This document shows, piece after piece, positions 56,321 through 64,000 of a stretch of DNA of 64,000 bases. Origin of the DNA: Candidatus Glassbacteria bacterium. Lineage in GTDB: Bacteria > Gemmatimonadota > Glassbacteria > GWA2-58-10. Under the pieces are notes generated by a model. The model had not been told where the DNA came from. It did no database searches and saw nothing but the letters and a program-made list of their open reading frames with translations. The stretch lies in NCBI GenBank assembly GCA_963752515.1, contig CAVVYO010000002.1, forward strand, positions 21,362-85,361. Direction: 5' to 3'. Positions within the stretch are counted from its first letter, which is position 1. Each line of letters opens with the position of its first letter. The position numbers and the translations under genes were made by a program.

Positions 56321-56349
56321 GGCCCGGAAGGTTTGTGGCCGGGCTTTTT
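56321..56349 (+). terminator. rho-independent terminator candidate after tolC
   Basis: GCCCGG-loop-CCGGGC followed by TTTTT. A second hairpin, GGGGGCGCGAA-aagc-TTCGCGTCCCC plus TAATTTATT, lies at about 56375-56410. Confidence 0.55.
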
Positions 56350-56474
56350 AGCTGAAAATATTTTTCTTCCGCCAGGGGGCGCGAAAAGCTTCGCGTCCCC
56401 TAATTTATTGCGCCTCAGTTGGTTACGTGTCGCCGGCGTGGTTTCTGGAGAGCAGATGCTTGCGGTTAGGGCAC

Positions 56475-56503
56475 TTGACTGGAACGCGAGCGGGCTTTAT
56501 TAT
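56475..56503 (+). promoter_or_regulatory. strong sigma70-like promoter candidate with no obvious ORF behind it
   Basis: TTGACT (56475-56480), 17-nt spacer, TATTAT (56498-56503). Confidence 0.45.
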
Positions 56504-56640
56504 TGGGATGTCCGCCATTCAACGATCTGGCGAGAGGCAGGGCGGCGATGCCTTTGCCGCAAGGATCGGCTCGGGCGGTCCCGGCGCCGGCCGGCGGGCC
56601 GGAAAAGCCGGTGGAACAGGGCAAAATCGCTCAAATAGGC

Positions 56641-56670
56641 TTGACAAGCCTGACAGCGGTTTGATAGATT
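56641..56670 (+). promoter_or_regulatory. sigma70-like promoter candidate upstream of hup
   Basis: GGCTTGACAAGCC, 17-18 nt spacer, (A)TAGATT. Shares the CTTGACAAGCC motif with the promoters at 60957 and 63651. Confidence 0.45.
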
Positions 56671-56915
56671 GGGACAAAGCCGCAAGTGCCGATTGGACGG
56701 CCTCCGAGGGGCGGGCCAAGCGTAGACACGGAAATGGCGGGCATCTGCCGGTGTCAAATCAGCAGCGGAAGCGGCACCGGCCGGCAGAGCGAGCGAACTC
56801 GCAGGGCTTCGGTTCCGGAGCGACTTGCAGCAGAAGCGGTCCCCTCGAGTGAGCAGTACCGATGCAACTGTGTTTCCCGGTACCCTTTTCACCTCATGAG
56901 TGGAGGTTGTATCCG

Positions 56916-57185
56916 ATGACCAAAGCCGAGCTGATCGACAAGGTCGCCTCTGACGTTGGTATTTCCAAGAAGGCCGCTGGCGAAGCCATCGATGCCATCT
57001 TCGGGAACATCCAGGTTGCCCTGAAGAAGGGCGACAAGTTCACCCAGGTCGGGTTCGGCACTTTCGGCGTGGTCAAGCGCGCCCCGCGCGAGGGCCGCAA
57101 TCCCCAGACCGGCCAGAAGATCCACATCCCCTCGCGGAGCGTGGTCAAGTTCACCGCCGGCAAGGAGCTGCGTGAGGCCGTCTGA
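56916..57185 (+). CDS. hup: HU-family nucleoid-associated DNA-binding protein
   Basis: MTKAELIDKVA...FGTFGVVKRAPREGRNPQTGQKIHIPSRSVVKFTAGKELREAV is canonical HU/IHF. GGAGG upstream. Confidence 0.95.
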   Translation: MTKAELIDKVASDVGISKKAAGEAIDAIFGNIQVALKKGDKFTQVGFGTFGVVKRAPREGRNPQTGQKIHIPSRSVVKFTAGKELREAV

Positions 57186-57258
57186 GGACGGTCGCCACGG
57201 CGACGGCAGCGGGCCTGGCGTGCCGGCCGTCGCACAGCTCACGACAGCAGACAGCAAC

Positions 57259-57292
57259 GGCGCGGATCCTCTGGATTCGCGCCGTTTCGTTT
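57259..57292 (+). terminator. rho-independent terminator between hup and the bTHX gene
   Basis: GGCGCGGATCC-tct-GGATTCGCGCC (11 bp, one G-U pair) followed by GTTTCGTTT. Confidence 0.75.
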
Positions 57293-57295
57293 CCC

Positions 57296-57400
57296 TCAGC
57301 CTTTCTTTTTCACTACCTTCTTCAGCTTGTGGGGACGGGTCTTGCCGTACGACCCGTTGTAAATTTTCCCCCGGCGCGAGCGCTTGTCGCCTTTGCCCAT
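57296..57400 (-). CDS. 30S ribosomal protein bTHX
   Basis: My own minus-strand translation gives MGKGDKRSRRGKIYNGSYGKTRPHKLKKVVKKKG (34 aa). This matches the MGKGD(K/R)(K/R)(S/T)(K/R)RGK... THX signature. GGAAGGAG lies 6 nt upstream. Too short for the ORF track. Confidence 0.8.
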   Translation of the reverse strand: MGKGDKRSRRGKIYNGSYGKTRPHKLKKVVKKKG

Positions 57401-57597
57401 GCCAATCTCCTTCCCTTTAGCGGAGTTACCTGTTAATTTGTCGGGAGGTGCGCCCAGCCGGCAGATTGCGGCGGCCGGGCTCCCGCTGGCTTAGCGGTGG
57501 AAAAATACAGCATTTGGAACCGGCGGGCAAGGGTCTTGTCCCCGGGATGGTCATCGGGCGCCCGGCCGGAAGGAGGCGGTCCTTGCCATTGCGGCGG

Positions 57598-58536
57598 ATG
57601 CTCAGGCAGCACTGGATGGTGGCCGGGATCGCGGTGGTCGCGCTGTGGGGCTATTGGCTGCCCGCGGCCGGGGAGCTGGCCGGCCGCCACCTGTCCTGGC
57701 TGGTGGGTACGTTGATGTTGATGATGGGCCTGGGAGTGGGCTTCCGAAGGCTGCGGCGGCGGATGGCGGCCTGGCGGCCGAACCTGCTGGCGATCGGGCT
57801 GGTCTACCTGCTGGCTCCGCTGTTGTCCTGGCTGGCCGGGCGGTGGCTCTACGGTGGCCGGGGCGAGGTTTTCACCGGGCTGATGCTGGTCGGCACCACC
57901 TCCACCACCCTCTCGAGCTGCATCGTCTACACCCGGCTGGCCGGCGGGGATGAGGCCCTGGCGCTGTGGCTGTCGGTGACCTCCACCCTGCTGTGCACCC
58001 TGGTCCAGCCCTTGCTGCTGGCGCTGGCCCTGGGCGCGGCGGTCCCGGTCCCGGCCGGGATGCTGATCACACGGCTGGCGATGGTGCTGCTGCTGCCGCT
58101 GACCCTCGGGATGCTGCTGCGCGAGTTGCTGGGCGAGGAGCGGGTGGCGCCGGTCGGGAGCTATGTCACCCGGGGGGCGGCGCTGATCATCCTGATCGTG
58201 CTGATGGCCTCGGTGGCGGAGGGACGGGAGCTGCTCGGCAGTTGGCGCAGCCTGCCGGTGCTGGGGCTGGTGGCCGGGCTGCACCTGCTGCTGCTGGGCG
58301 GGGCGGCGCTGGGGGCGCGCCTGCTGGGCTTGAGCCGCGCCGAGGGGATCGCCGTGCTGTTCTGCGGCACGCAGAAGACCCTGCAGATCCCGGCCTACCT
58401 GGCGATCCGGGTGCTGGGAACCCCGGCCGCGGCGCTGGCCCCGGTGCTGTTCCATGTCTTCCAGCTGGTGCTGGACTCGCTGCTGGTCTCCCGCCTCGCG
58501 GGCCGGACAGGGGTGACGGACCCCCCGGGGCCATGA
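57598..58536 (+). CDS. bile acid:sodium symporter (BASS/SBF-like) family transporter
   Basis: Polytopic. MLMMGLGVGF, LVGTTSTTLSSCIVYTRLAGGD and FCGTQKTLQIP are typical of SBF-like/YfeH proteins. Start uncertain (57547 or 57598). Confidence 0.75.
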   Translation: MLRQHWMVAGIAVVALWGYWLPAAGELAGRHLSWLVGTLMLMMGLGVGFRRLRRRMAAWRPNLLAIGLVYLLAPLLSWLAGRWLYGGRGEVFTGLMLVGTTSTTLSSCIVYTRLAGGDEALALWLSVTSTLLCTLVQPLLLALALGAAVPVPAGMLITRLAMVLLLPLTLGMLLRELLGEERVAPVGSYVTRGAALIILIVLMASVAEGRELLGSWRSLPVLGLVAGLHLLLLGGAALGARLLGLSRAEGIAVLFCGTQKTLQIPAYLAIRVLGTPAAALAPVLFHVFQLVLDSLLVSRLAGRTGVTDPPGP

Positions 58537-58559
58537 ACGGCTGCCTCTTGCCAGGCTGG

Positions 58560-58700
58560 AGATTGCACTGCCGGTGTCGTGCGATACTGAATTGCTGTTC
58601 GATCTACAGCCATCAACCAGCGAAAAAGTTTGGGAGGGCGGGAGGGGGGATCGGGGGGAGGGCGGAAAACCTTTTTCAAAAGGTTTCCGCCCTCCCCCCG
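58560..58700 (-). repeat. intergenic repeat family, short copy (post-K segment, K, H; inverted)
   Basis: The reverse complement of 58570-58620 (GGTTGATGGCTGTAGATCGAACAGCAATTCAGTATCGC) parallels AGTTTGATGTGCAGGTGGGATCAGCATTTCAGGATGGGG of copy A. K (reverse) 58611-58651, H 58652-58700. Confidence 0.8.
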
Positions 58701-58782
58701 GAGCACCCGCCTTTTGTTGTCAAACTTGGCGCCAAGGATTCGATCCCGGGGAGCGGTTGATTTGAAATCGAAGGAACCGAAA

Positions 58783-59792
58783 GTGGAGCAGGCGGTCGAC
58801 AGTGGCCGGGACCACCCGCTGCTGCAGGTGCGGGAGCTGTCGGTGCATCTAACCGGTGGGGTGACCGCGGTCGACCGGGTGAGCTTCACGCTCGGGGCCC
58901 GGGAGAGCCTGGCCCTGGTGGGCGAGAGCGGCTGCGGCAAGACCCTGACCGCGTTGTCGCTGCTGCGGGCGGTCCCGCCCGAGGTGGGCCGGATCGAGGC
59001 CCGCGGCCTCGAGTTCGAGGGGCGGGAGCTGACCCGGCTCTCCCCGGGCGAGCTGCGCCGGGTGCGGGGCTCCGGGATCGCGATGATCTTCCAGGACCCC
59101 TCGGCCGCGCTCGACCCGTTGTTCACGGTGGGCGACCAATTGGTCGAGACCATCCGCGCCCACCGGCGGCTGGGACGCCGGCCGGCCCGGGACCTGGCGG
59201 AGCGGGCCTTGAGCGAGGCCGGGCTGGCCGAGAGCGCCCGGGTGCTGGCCTCCTATCCCCACCAGCTCTCGGGCGGCCAGCGCCAGCGGGCGATGATCGC
59301 GATGGCCCTGGCCACCGGCCCGCGGCTGCTGATCGCCGATGAGCCCACCACCGCGCTCGATGTGACGGTCCAGCGCCAGATCCTGGAACTGCTGGCCGGC
59401 TTGCGGCGGTCGCGCGGGCTGGCCCTGCTGCTGATTACCCACAACCTGTCGATTGTCGCCCGGCTGGCCGGACGGGTGGCGGTGATGTACGCCGGGCAGA
59501 TTGTCGAGGAGGCCCCGGTCGAGCAGCTGTTCCGCGCCCCGGCCCACCCTTACACCCGGGCCCTGCTGGCCTGCCTGCCCCGGGTCGACCGCCGGGTCGA
59601 GGAGCCGGGGACTATTCCCGGCCAGGTGCCCCGGCCCGGGGACTGGCCCGCGGGCTGCCGCTTCCGCCCCCGCTGCGCCCTGGCCCGGGAGGGCTGCGAG
59701 CGGGACCAGGCGCTGCGCCCGCTGGCGGCGGGCCGCTCCGCCCGTTGCTGGCTGGCCGGGGTCCCCCCGGCCGATTCCGCGGCGGAGGAGCG

Positions 59793-59796
<4 letters not shown>
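58783..59796 (+). CDS. ABC transporter ATP-binding protein, oligopeptide/dipeptide (DppD/OppD-like)
   Basis: LALVGESGCGKT (Walker A), LSGGQRQR, LLIADEPTTALD, plus the oligopeptide-type C-terminal extension (HPYTRALL...C.F..RC). Probable GTG start at 58783; the track N-terminus is repeat sequence. Confidence 0.85.
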
Positions 59797-60792
<996 letters not shown>

Positions 60793-60956
60793 GCGATAGT
60801 ACCGGAATTACCCTTGAAACGTTGCGCGGTCCGGCCCTCAGGCGGCTATCTTCAAGCGGATAGAATTTTATCAGAGCAAGCCCGGCCCAGCGGGTGCATC
60901 CCGGGTGACAAGTGGTGAAAGCTGTACTATATCAATCAGTTGCCCTGAAAAATTGC

Positions 60957-60985
60957 TTGACAAGCCTCTGGCCTTGCGGTATGTT
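60957..60985 (+). promoter_or_regulatory. sigma70-like promoter candidate for the exbB operon
   Basis: TGCTTGACAAGCC, 17-nt spacer, TATGTT. An A/T-rich tract (GAAAAATT) lies immediately upstream. Confidence 0.5.
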
Positions 60986-61065
60986 CTATCCCCGACAAAC
61001 CCGATCAGAGAGGTTTAGTTCCCTAAACATCTCTTTTTTCACACTCGCGTGGAGGTATCGCGGAA

Positions 61066-61755
61066 ATGGGCATTATCAACTGGCTGATGTACAACGACGT
61101 ATCCCAGTGGTTCTTCTCGACTCCGTTTGGCACGTTCATGCTGGAGGGCGGGATTTTCATGCTCCCGCTGGCCCTTTGCTCGATCTGGGGTCTGGCTGTC
61201 ATGATCGTCAAGTCGGTCACTCTGACCATGGCCGCGGTCAAGACCAAGAAGCTGCTGACCCAGGTCAATGCACTGCTGGAGAAGAAGGACATTCAGGGCG
61301 CGATCGAGCTGTGCGAGAACACCAAGGGCCCGGTGGCGGCGATCCTCCTGGCGGGTCTGCGCAAGGTCGGCGAGGGCAGCGAGCGGGTGCAGAAGGCGAT
61401 CGAGAACACCGGTACGATCGAGCTGGCGTTCCTGGAGCGCGGCCTGATCACCCTGGCGACCATCATCAGTGTCGCCCCGATGATCGGCTTCCTGGGGACG
61501 GTGCAGGGCATGATCATCGCCTTCGCCCAGATCGAGAAGATCGGCGAGGTTTCGCCGCAGGCGGTTGCCGGCGGGATCAAGGTGGCGCTGATCACCACCG
61601 CGGCCGGCCTGACCATCGCCATCCCGCTGCAGATGGCCCACAACTACTTTGTCTCCCGCATCGACCGGCTGATCCTCGACATGGAAGAGAGCTCCCAGAA
61701 CATCGTCGAGGCCGCGGTGGCGATCGAGGACAAGCGGAACACTGTCAAGGTATAA
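61066..61755 (+). CDS. exbB: MotA/TolQ/ExbB proton-channel family protein
   Basis: 229 aa, three TM segments, with the ...APMIGFLGTVQGMI...GGIKVALITTAAGLTIAIP motif. Confidence 0.9.
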   Translation: MGIINWLMYNDVSQWFFSTPFGTFMLEGGIFMLPLALCSIWGLAVMIVKSVTLTMAAVKTKKLLTQVNALLEKKDIQGAIELCENTKGPVAAILLAGLRKVGEGSERVQKAIENTGTIELAFLERGLITLATIISVAPMIGFLGTVQGMIIAFAQIEKIGEVSPQAVAGGIKVALITTAAGLTIAIPLQMAHNYFVSRIDRLILDMEESSQNIVEAAVAIEDKRNTVKV

Positions 61756-61855
61756 GCAGGGAATCCAGGGTTGCGGCGGCAGGGCGGGATCGCCGGATGG
61801 GTGGTCCCGCCGCGGGCTCCGCGACCATTGCGGTCAAGCAGAGGGAGGCAGTTAG

Positions 61856-62278
61856 ATGTCGTTGATCAAGTCCAAAAACAAGGTGGCGGCCGAAATCCCG
61901 ACCGCATCGATGGCCGATATCGCCTTTCTTCTGCTGGTTTTCTTCCTGGTTACCACGGTATTCAACGAGGAGAAGGGGCTCGAGCTGCTTCTCCCCGAGG
62001 CCAAGGCGGAGGAAATCCAGGTCAGCCAGAAGAACATGCTGCACATCGTTGTCCGCCCGGACAACCTGATCGTGCTGAAGAAGGGCAAAAACCCCGAGGA
62101 AGCCCCGATCCCGATCGATGGACTGGCCGAGCGGATGCGGCAGGAAATTTCTCTCAACCCCAACGTGATCGCCGCGGTCAAGACCGACCCGGAAGCCTCG
62201 TACAACCAGATGATCAACGTGCTGGACGAGTTGCAGGCAGCCGAGGCGAGCCGGATCTCGCTTCAGGCGCTGGAGTAA
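61856..62278 (+). CDS. exbD: ExbD/TolR biopolymer transport protein
   Basis: IPTASMADIAFLLLVFFLVTT is the N-terminal TM segment with the conserved Asp. 140 aa. Confidence 0.9.
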   Translation: MSLIKSKNKVAAEIPTASMADIAFLLLVFFLVTTVFNEEKGLELLLPEAKAEEIQVSQKNMLHIVVRPDNLIVLKKGKNPEEAPIPIDGLAERMRQEISLNPNVIAAVKTDPEASYNQMINVLDELQAAEASRISLQALE

Positions 62279-62356
62279 CGGGTCGGGCGCAAGGTTCTCG
62301 CGCCCGGCACGAGGCGTCTTCTGCGGGTCGAAAGCTGTAACTGAAAGGAGTCTATC

Positions 62357-62863
62357 TTGGCAGTTGAAGCGAAAAAGATGGGGGGGCTCAAACGCAAGGC
62401 CAAACTCGAGCCCGGGATCCCCACGTGTTCGATGTCGGACATCGCGTTCCTGCTGCTGATCTTTTTCATGGTGACGACGGTTTTCCGCAAGGAACAGCCG
62501 CTGAAGATCGCTTGGCCGGAGGCCGAGGCGCTCAAAAAAACCGAGTTCAAGAACAAGAACATCCTCCACGTCTGGGTGAACACGGATGATGAGCGCACTC
62601 CCGGGATCAACGAGGAAGGCTTGGTCTATGTCGACGATGTCGCCTACGACCTGAACGACCCCGCCCGCCAGAGCCTGCTGGTCGAGAAGCTGAAGCAGGA
62701 ATCCGCCGACCTGAAGGGCAAGTTGCTGATCGCTTTCCGGGCCGACCGCAATACCCCGTACCGGAAAATCAACCTGGCCCTGGAAATGCTCAAACAGGCC
62801 AACACGGTCCAGGTGATGTTCGCTACCACCCTGGAAAAAGACGCAGTCGATCTGTCACGTTAA
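62357..62863 (+). CDS. exbD: ExbD/TolR biopolymer transport protein (second copy)
   Basis: IPTCSMSDIAFLLLIFFMVTT. TTG start with AAAGGAG 6 nt upstream. Confidence 0.85.
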   Translation: MAVEAKKMGGLKRKAKLEPGIPTCSMSDIAFLLLIFFMVTTVFRKEQPLKIAWPEAEALKKTEFKNKNILHVWVNTDDERTPGINEEGLVYVDDVAYDLNDPARQSLLVEKLKQESADLKGKLLIAFRADRNTPYRKINLALEMLKQANTVQVMFATTLEKDAVDLSR

Positions 62864-62883
62864 CCCGGACAAGGGGGTGTGAG

Positions 62884-63549
62884 ATGGAAGAAGTAAAATC
62901 ATCATCCCGTAGTCTGATCCGGGAGAGCGCCAACTACAAGTTCAAGCAGAAATACGGCAAGTATTTCGGCTGGGCGGTGGTGATCTCGCTGGTCTTCCAC
63001 GTGGTGTTCATCCTGGGCATGCCGAGCCTGAACGCCGACATTCAGACCCGGGATGATTCCACGCTGGAGGCGGTCGATCTGCCGCCCGAGGTGGTGATCC
63101 CGCCTCCGCCGAAACAGTTGTCCAAGCCGAGCATCCCGATGGAAGCCTCCGAGGAGATCGAGGATGACGTCACCATCGAGGAGACCACCCCGCCGCCGCC
63201 GGACCTGATTCCCGAGGTCCCGATGCAGCAGGAGACCGCCGCTCCGGCCGAGGAGTTCCTGACCGTGGCCGAGGTGATGCCCAAGGTCAAGTCTCAGCCG
63301 CCGATGCCCAAGATGCCCTCCTACATCGCGCGGGCGCGGGTGAATGTCGAGACCAGGGTCGAGTTCTATGTCGCCAAAACCGGCGATGTCGATCCCGGAC
63401 GCACCCGGATCGCGGTATCCTCGGGCTACCCGGAACTGGATGAGCTCGCCCTGGAGTACGCCAAGAAGATCAAGTTCCACCCGGCGCTCAACCGCGGCGA
63501 GCCGGTCGCGGTGCGCATGGCGATCCCGATCAAGTGGATCTCCAAGTAA
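62884..63549 (+). CDS. tonB: energy transducer TonB-family protein
   Basis: N-terminal TM segment, Pro-rich spacer (PPEVVIPPPPKQ..., TTPPPPDLIPEVP), and a C-terminal TonB_C fold (...YPELDELALEYAKKIKFHPALNRGEPVAVRMAIPIKW). Confidence 0.85.
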   Translation: MEEVKSSSRSLIRESANYKFKQKYGKYFGWAVVISLVFHVVFILGMPSLNADIQTRDDSTLEAVDLPPEVVIPPPPKQLSKPSIPMEASEEIEDDVTIEETTPPPPDLIPEVPMQQETAAPAEEFLTVAEVMPKVKSQPPMPKMPSYIARARVNVETRVEFYVAKTGDVDPGRTRIAVSSGYPELDELALEYAKKIKFHPALNRGEPVAVRMAIPIKWISK

Positions 63550-63577
63550 CGAGCGTGGCGGTGAACGAGATTGCCGG

Positions 63578-63620
63578 CCAACCCCCCATCGCCCTGCCGG
63601 CGGTGGGGGGTTTGTCTTGG
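63578..63620 (+). terminator. rho-independent terminator candidate after tonB
   Basis: CCAACCCCCCATCGCC-ctgcc-GGCGGTGGGGGGTTTG (near-perfect 16-bp stem) followed by TCTT. Confidence 0.65.
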
Positions 63621-63650
63621 CGGCCATCCCCTCCGGTTTATCCCCCTCAC

Positions 63651-63679
63651 TTGACAAGCCCGCCCGCCTGGGGTACAAT
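63651..63679 (+). promoter_or_regulatory. sigma70-like promoter candidate for the receptor gene
   Basis: CACTTGACAAGCC, 17-nt spacer, TACAAT. Confidence 0.55.
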
Positions 63680-63734
63680 CTCGTGTTTTCCGCTGTGTCA
63701 GCTGATTCTTTCCCGTCCGCTCCCGCGAGGCTCG

Positions 63735-64000
63735 ATGAAGTCCCTGCGCTCGGCCCTGTTGTCGCTCTGGCTGCTGCTGCTCGCTGTGCTGCTGTGGCCG
63801 GCATCGCTGGCCGCCCAGAGCACCGGCAAGCTGGAGGGCGCGGTCACCGACCAGACGAGCGGGGTCCCGCTCGCCGGCTGCCAGGTGACTGTCGAGGGCA
63901 CCACCCTCGGCAACATCACCAACGAACAGGGCCGCTTCTTCATCCTCAACGTCTCCCCCGGCCTGCGCTCGGTCCGCTTCAATTTCACCGGCTACACCCC
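63735..64000 (+). CDS. TonB-dependent receptor, N-terminal part (CarboxypepD_reg-like domain); runs off the window end
   Basis: My own translation gives MKSLRSALLSLWLLLLAVLLWPASLAAQSTGKLEGAVTDQTSGVPLAGCQVTVEGTTLGNITNEQGRFFILNVSPGLRSVRFNFTGYT. This is a signal peptide followed by the G.V.D...G.PL.GA.V...GT..G..T...G.F....P.G......F.GY pattern. Confidence 0.75.
   Translation, partial: MKSLRSALLSLWLLLLAVLLWPASLAAQSTGKLEGAVTDQTSGVPLAGCQVTVEGTTLGNITNEQGRFFILNVSPGLRSVRFNFTGYT

Noticed and set aside
56700-56870. SRP (4.5S), 6S, tmRNA or RNase P RNA in the hup upstream region.
   Set aside because: I could not find the diagnostic motifs: the SRP GGAA tetraloop context CCGGAAGGAAGCAGC, the RNase P GAGGAAAGTCC, or tmRNA acceptor and tag features. 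The region is kept only as an unassigned structured region.
58630-58782. N-terminal extensions of several track ORFs that read GGRKTFFKRFPPSP, GGKPFSKGFRPPPG, KFGKVGEGPGE and similar (e.g. 58630, 8689, 49980, 53602, 19026..19655, 52753..52953).
   Set aside because: These are translations of the H/K repeat modules in various frames. The real genes start downstream at codons with proper RBSs.

Overview
High-GC bacterial chromosomal window, about two thirds G+C by eye, almost entirely coding on the + strand. I found no rRNA, tRNA, CRISPR array, transposase, integrase or reverse transcriptase. Gene content from start to end: a partial lipoprotein and a CBM9/DUF5916-like secreted protein; an Rrf2 regulator, hcp and a hemerythrin (nitrosative/oxidative stress genes); two tandem paralogous lipoproteins; a roughly 2 kb low-GC island carrying an AbiEi-like/AbiEii toxin-antitoxin pair; a multiply disrupted otsB; an APC permease; a TPR/GWxTD-like protein; DJ-1/PfpI; and an aminotransferase. 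A long surface-polysaccharide region follows (about 19.8-43.9 kb): GT39, a sulfatase-like gene, wecB-like, a WbpB-WbpD-like fusion, GT4 and GT2 genes, asnB, a methyltransferase, two SDR epimerase/dehydratases and a WecA/MraY-family initiating transferase. After that come an NYN-domain gene coupled to trkA-trkH, then lepA, a phosphohexomutase, a PHP phosphoesterase, a CPBP protease, TolC, HU, ribosomal protein bTHX, a BASS transporter, two ABC ATPases, and exbB-exbD-exbD-tonB with the start of a TonB-dependent receptor. bTHX, the GWxTD-like domain and the CarboxypepD_reg-type receptor suggest an FCB-group or Gemmatimonadota-like lineage; this is inference only. The most unusual signal is non-coding: a dense family of mosaic, palindrome-rich intergenic elements at 14 loci, about 4.5 kb in total. 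They are built from a GC-rich hairpin (H), a CAAACT-N8-AGTTTG module (K), variable internal hairpins and a conserved 3' module with a GTCA-loop hairpin. Three roughly 430-nt copies are collinear and carry compensatory base changes in their hairpins. This points to a structured RNA or a hairpin-dependent non-autonomous mobile element that I cannot assign to a known family. Three genes (otsB, sulfatase-like, second ABC ATPase) are frameshifted. These are either real pseudogenes or assembly indels.
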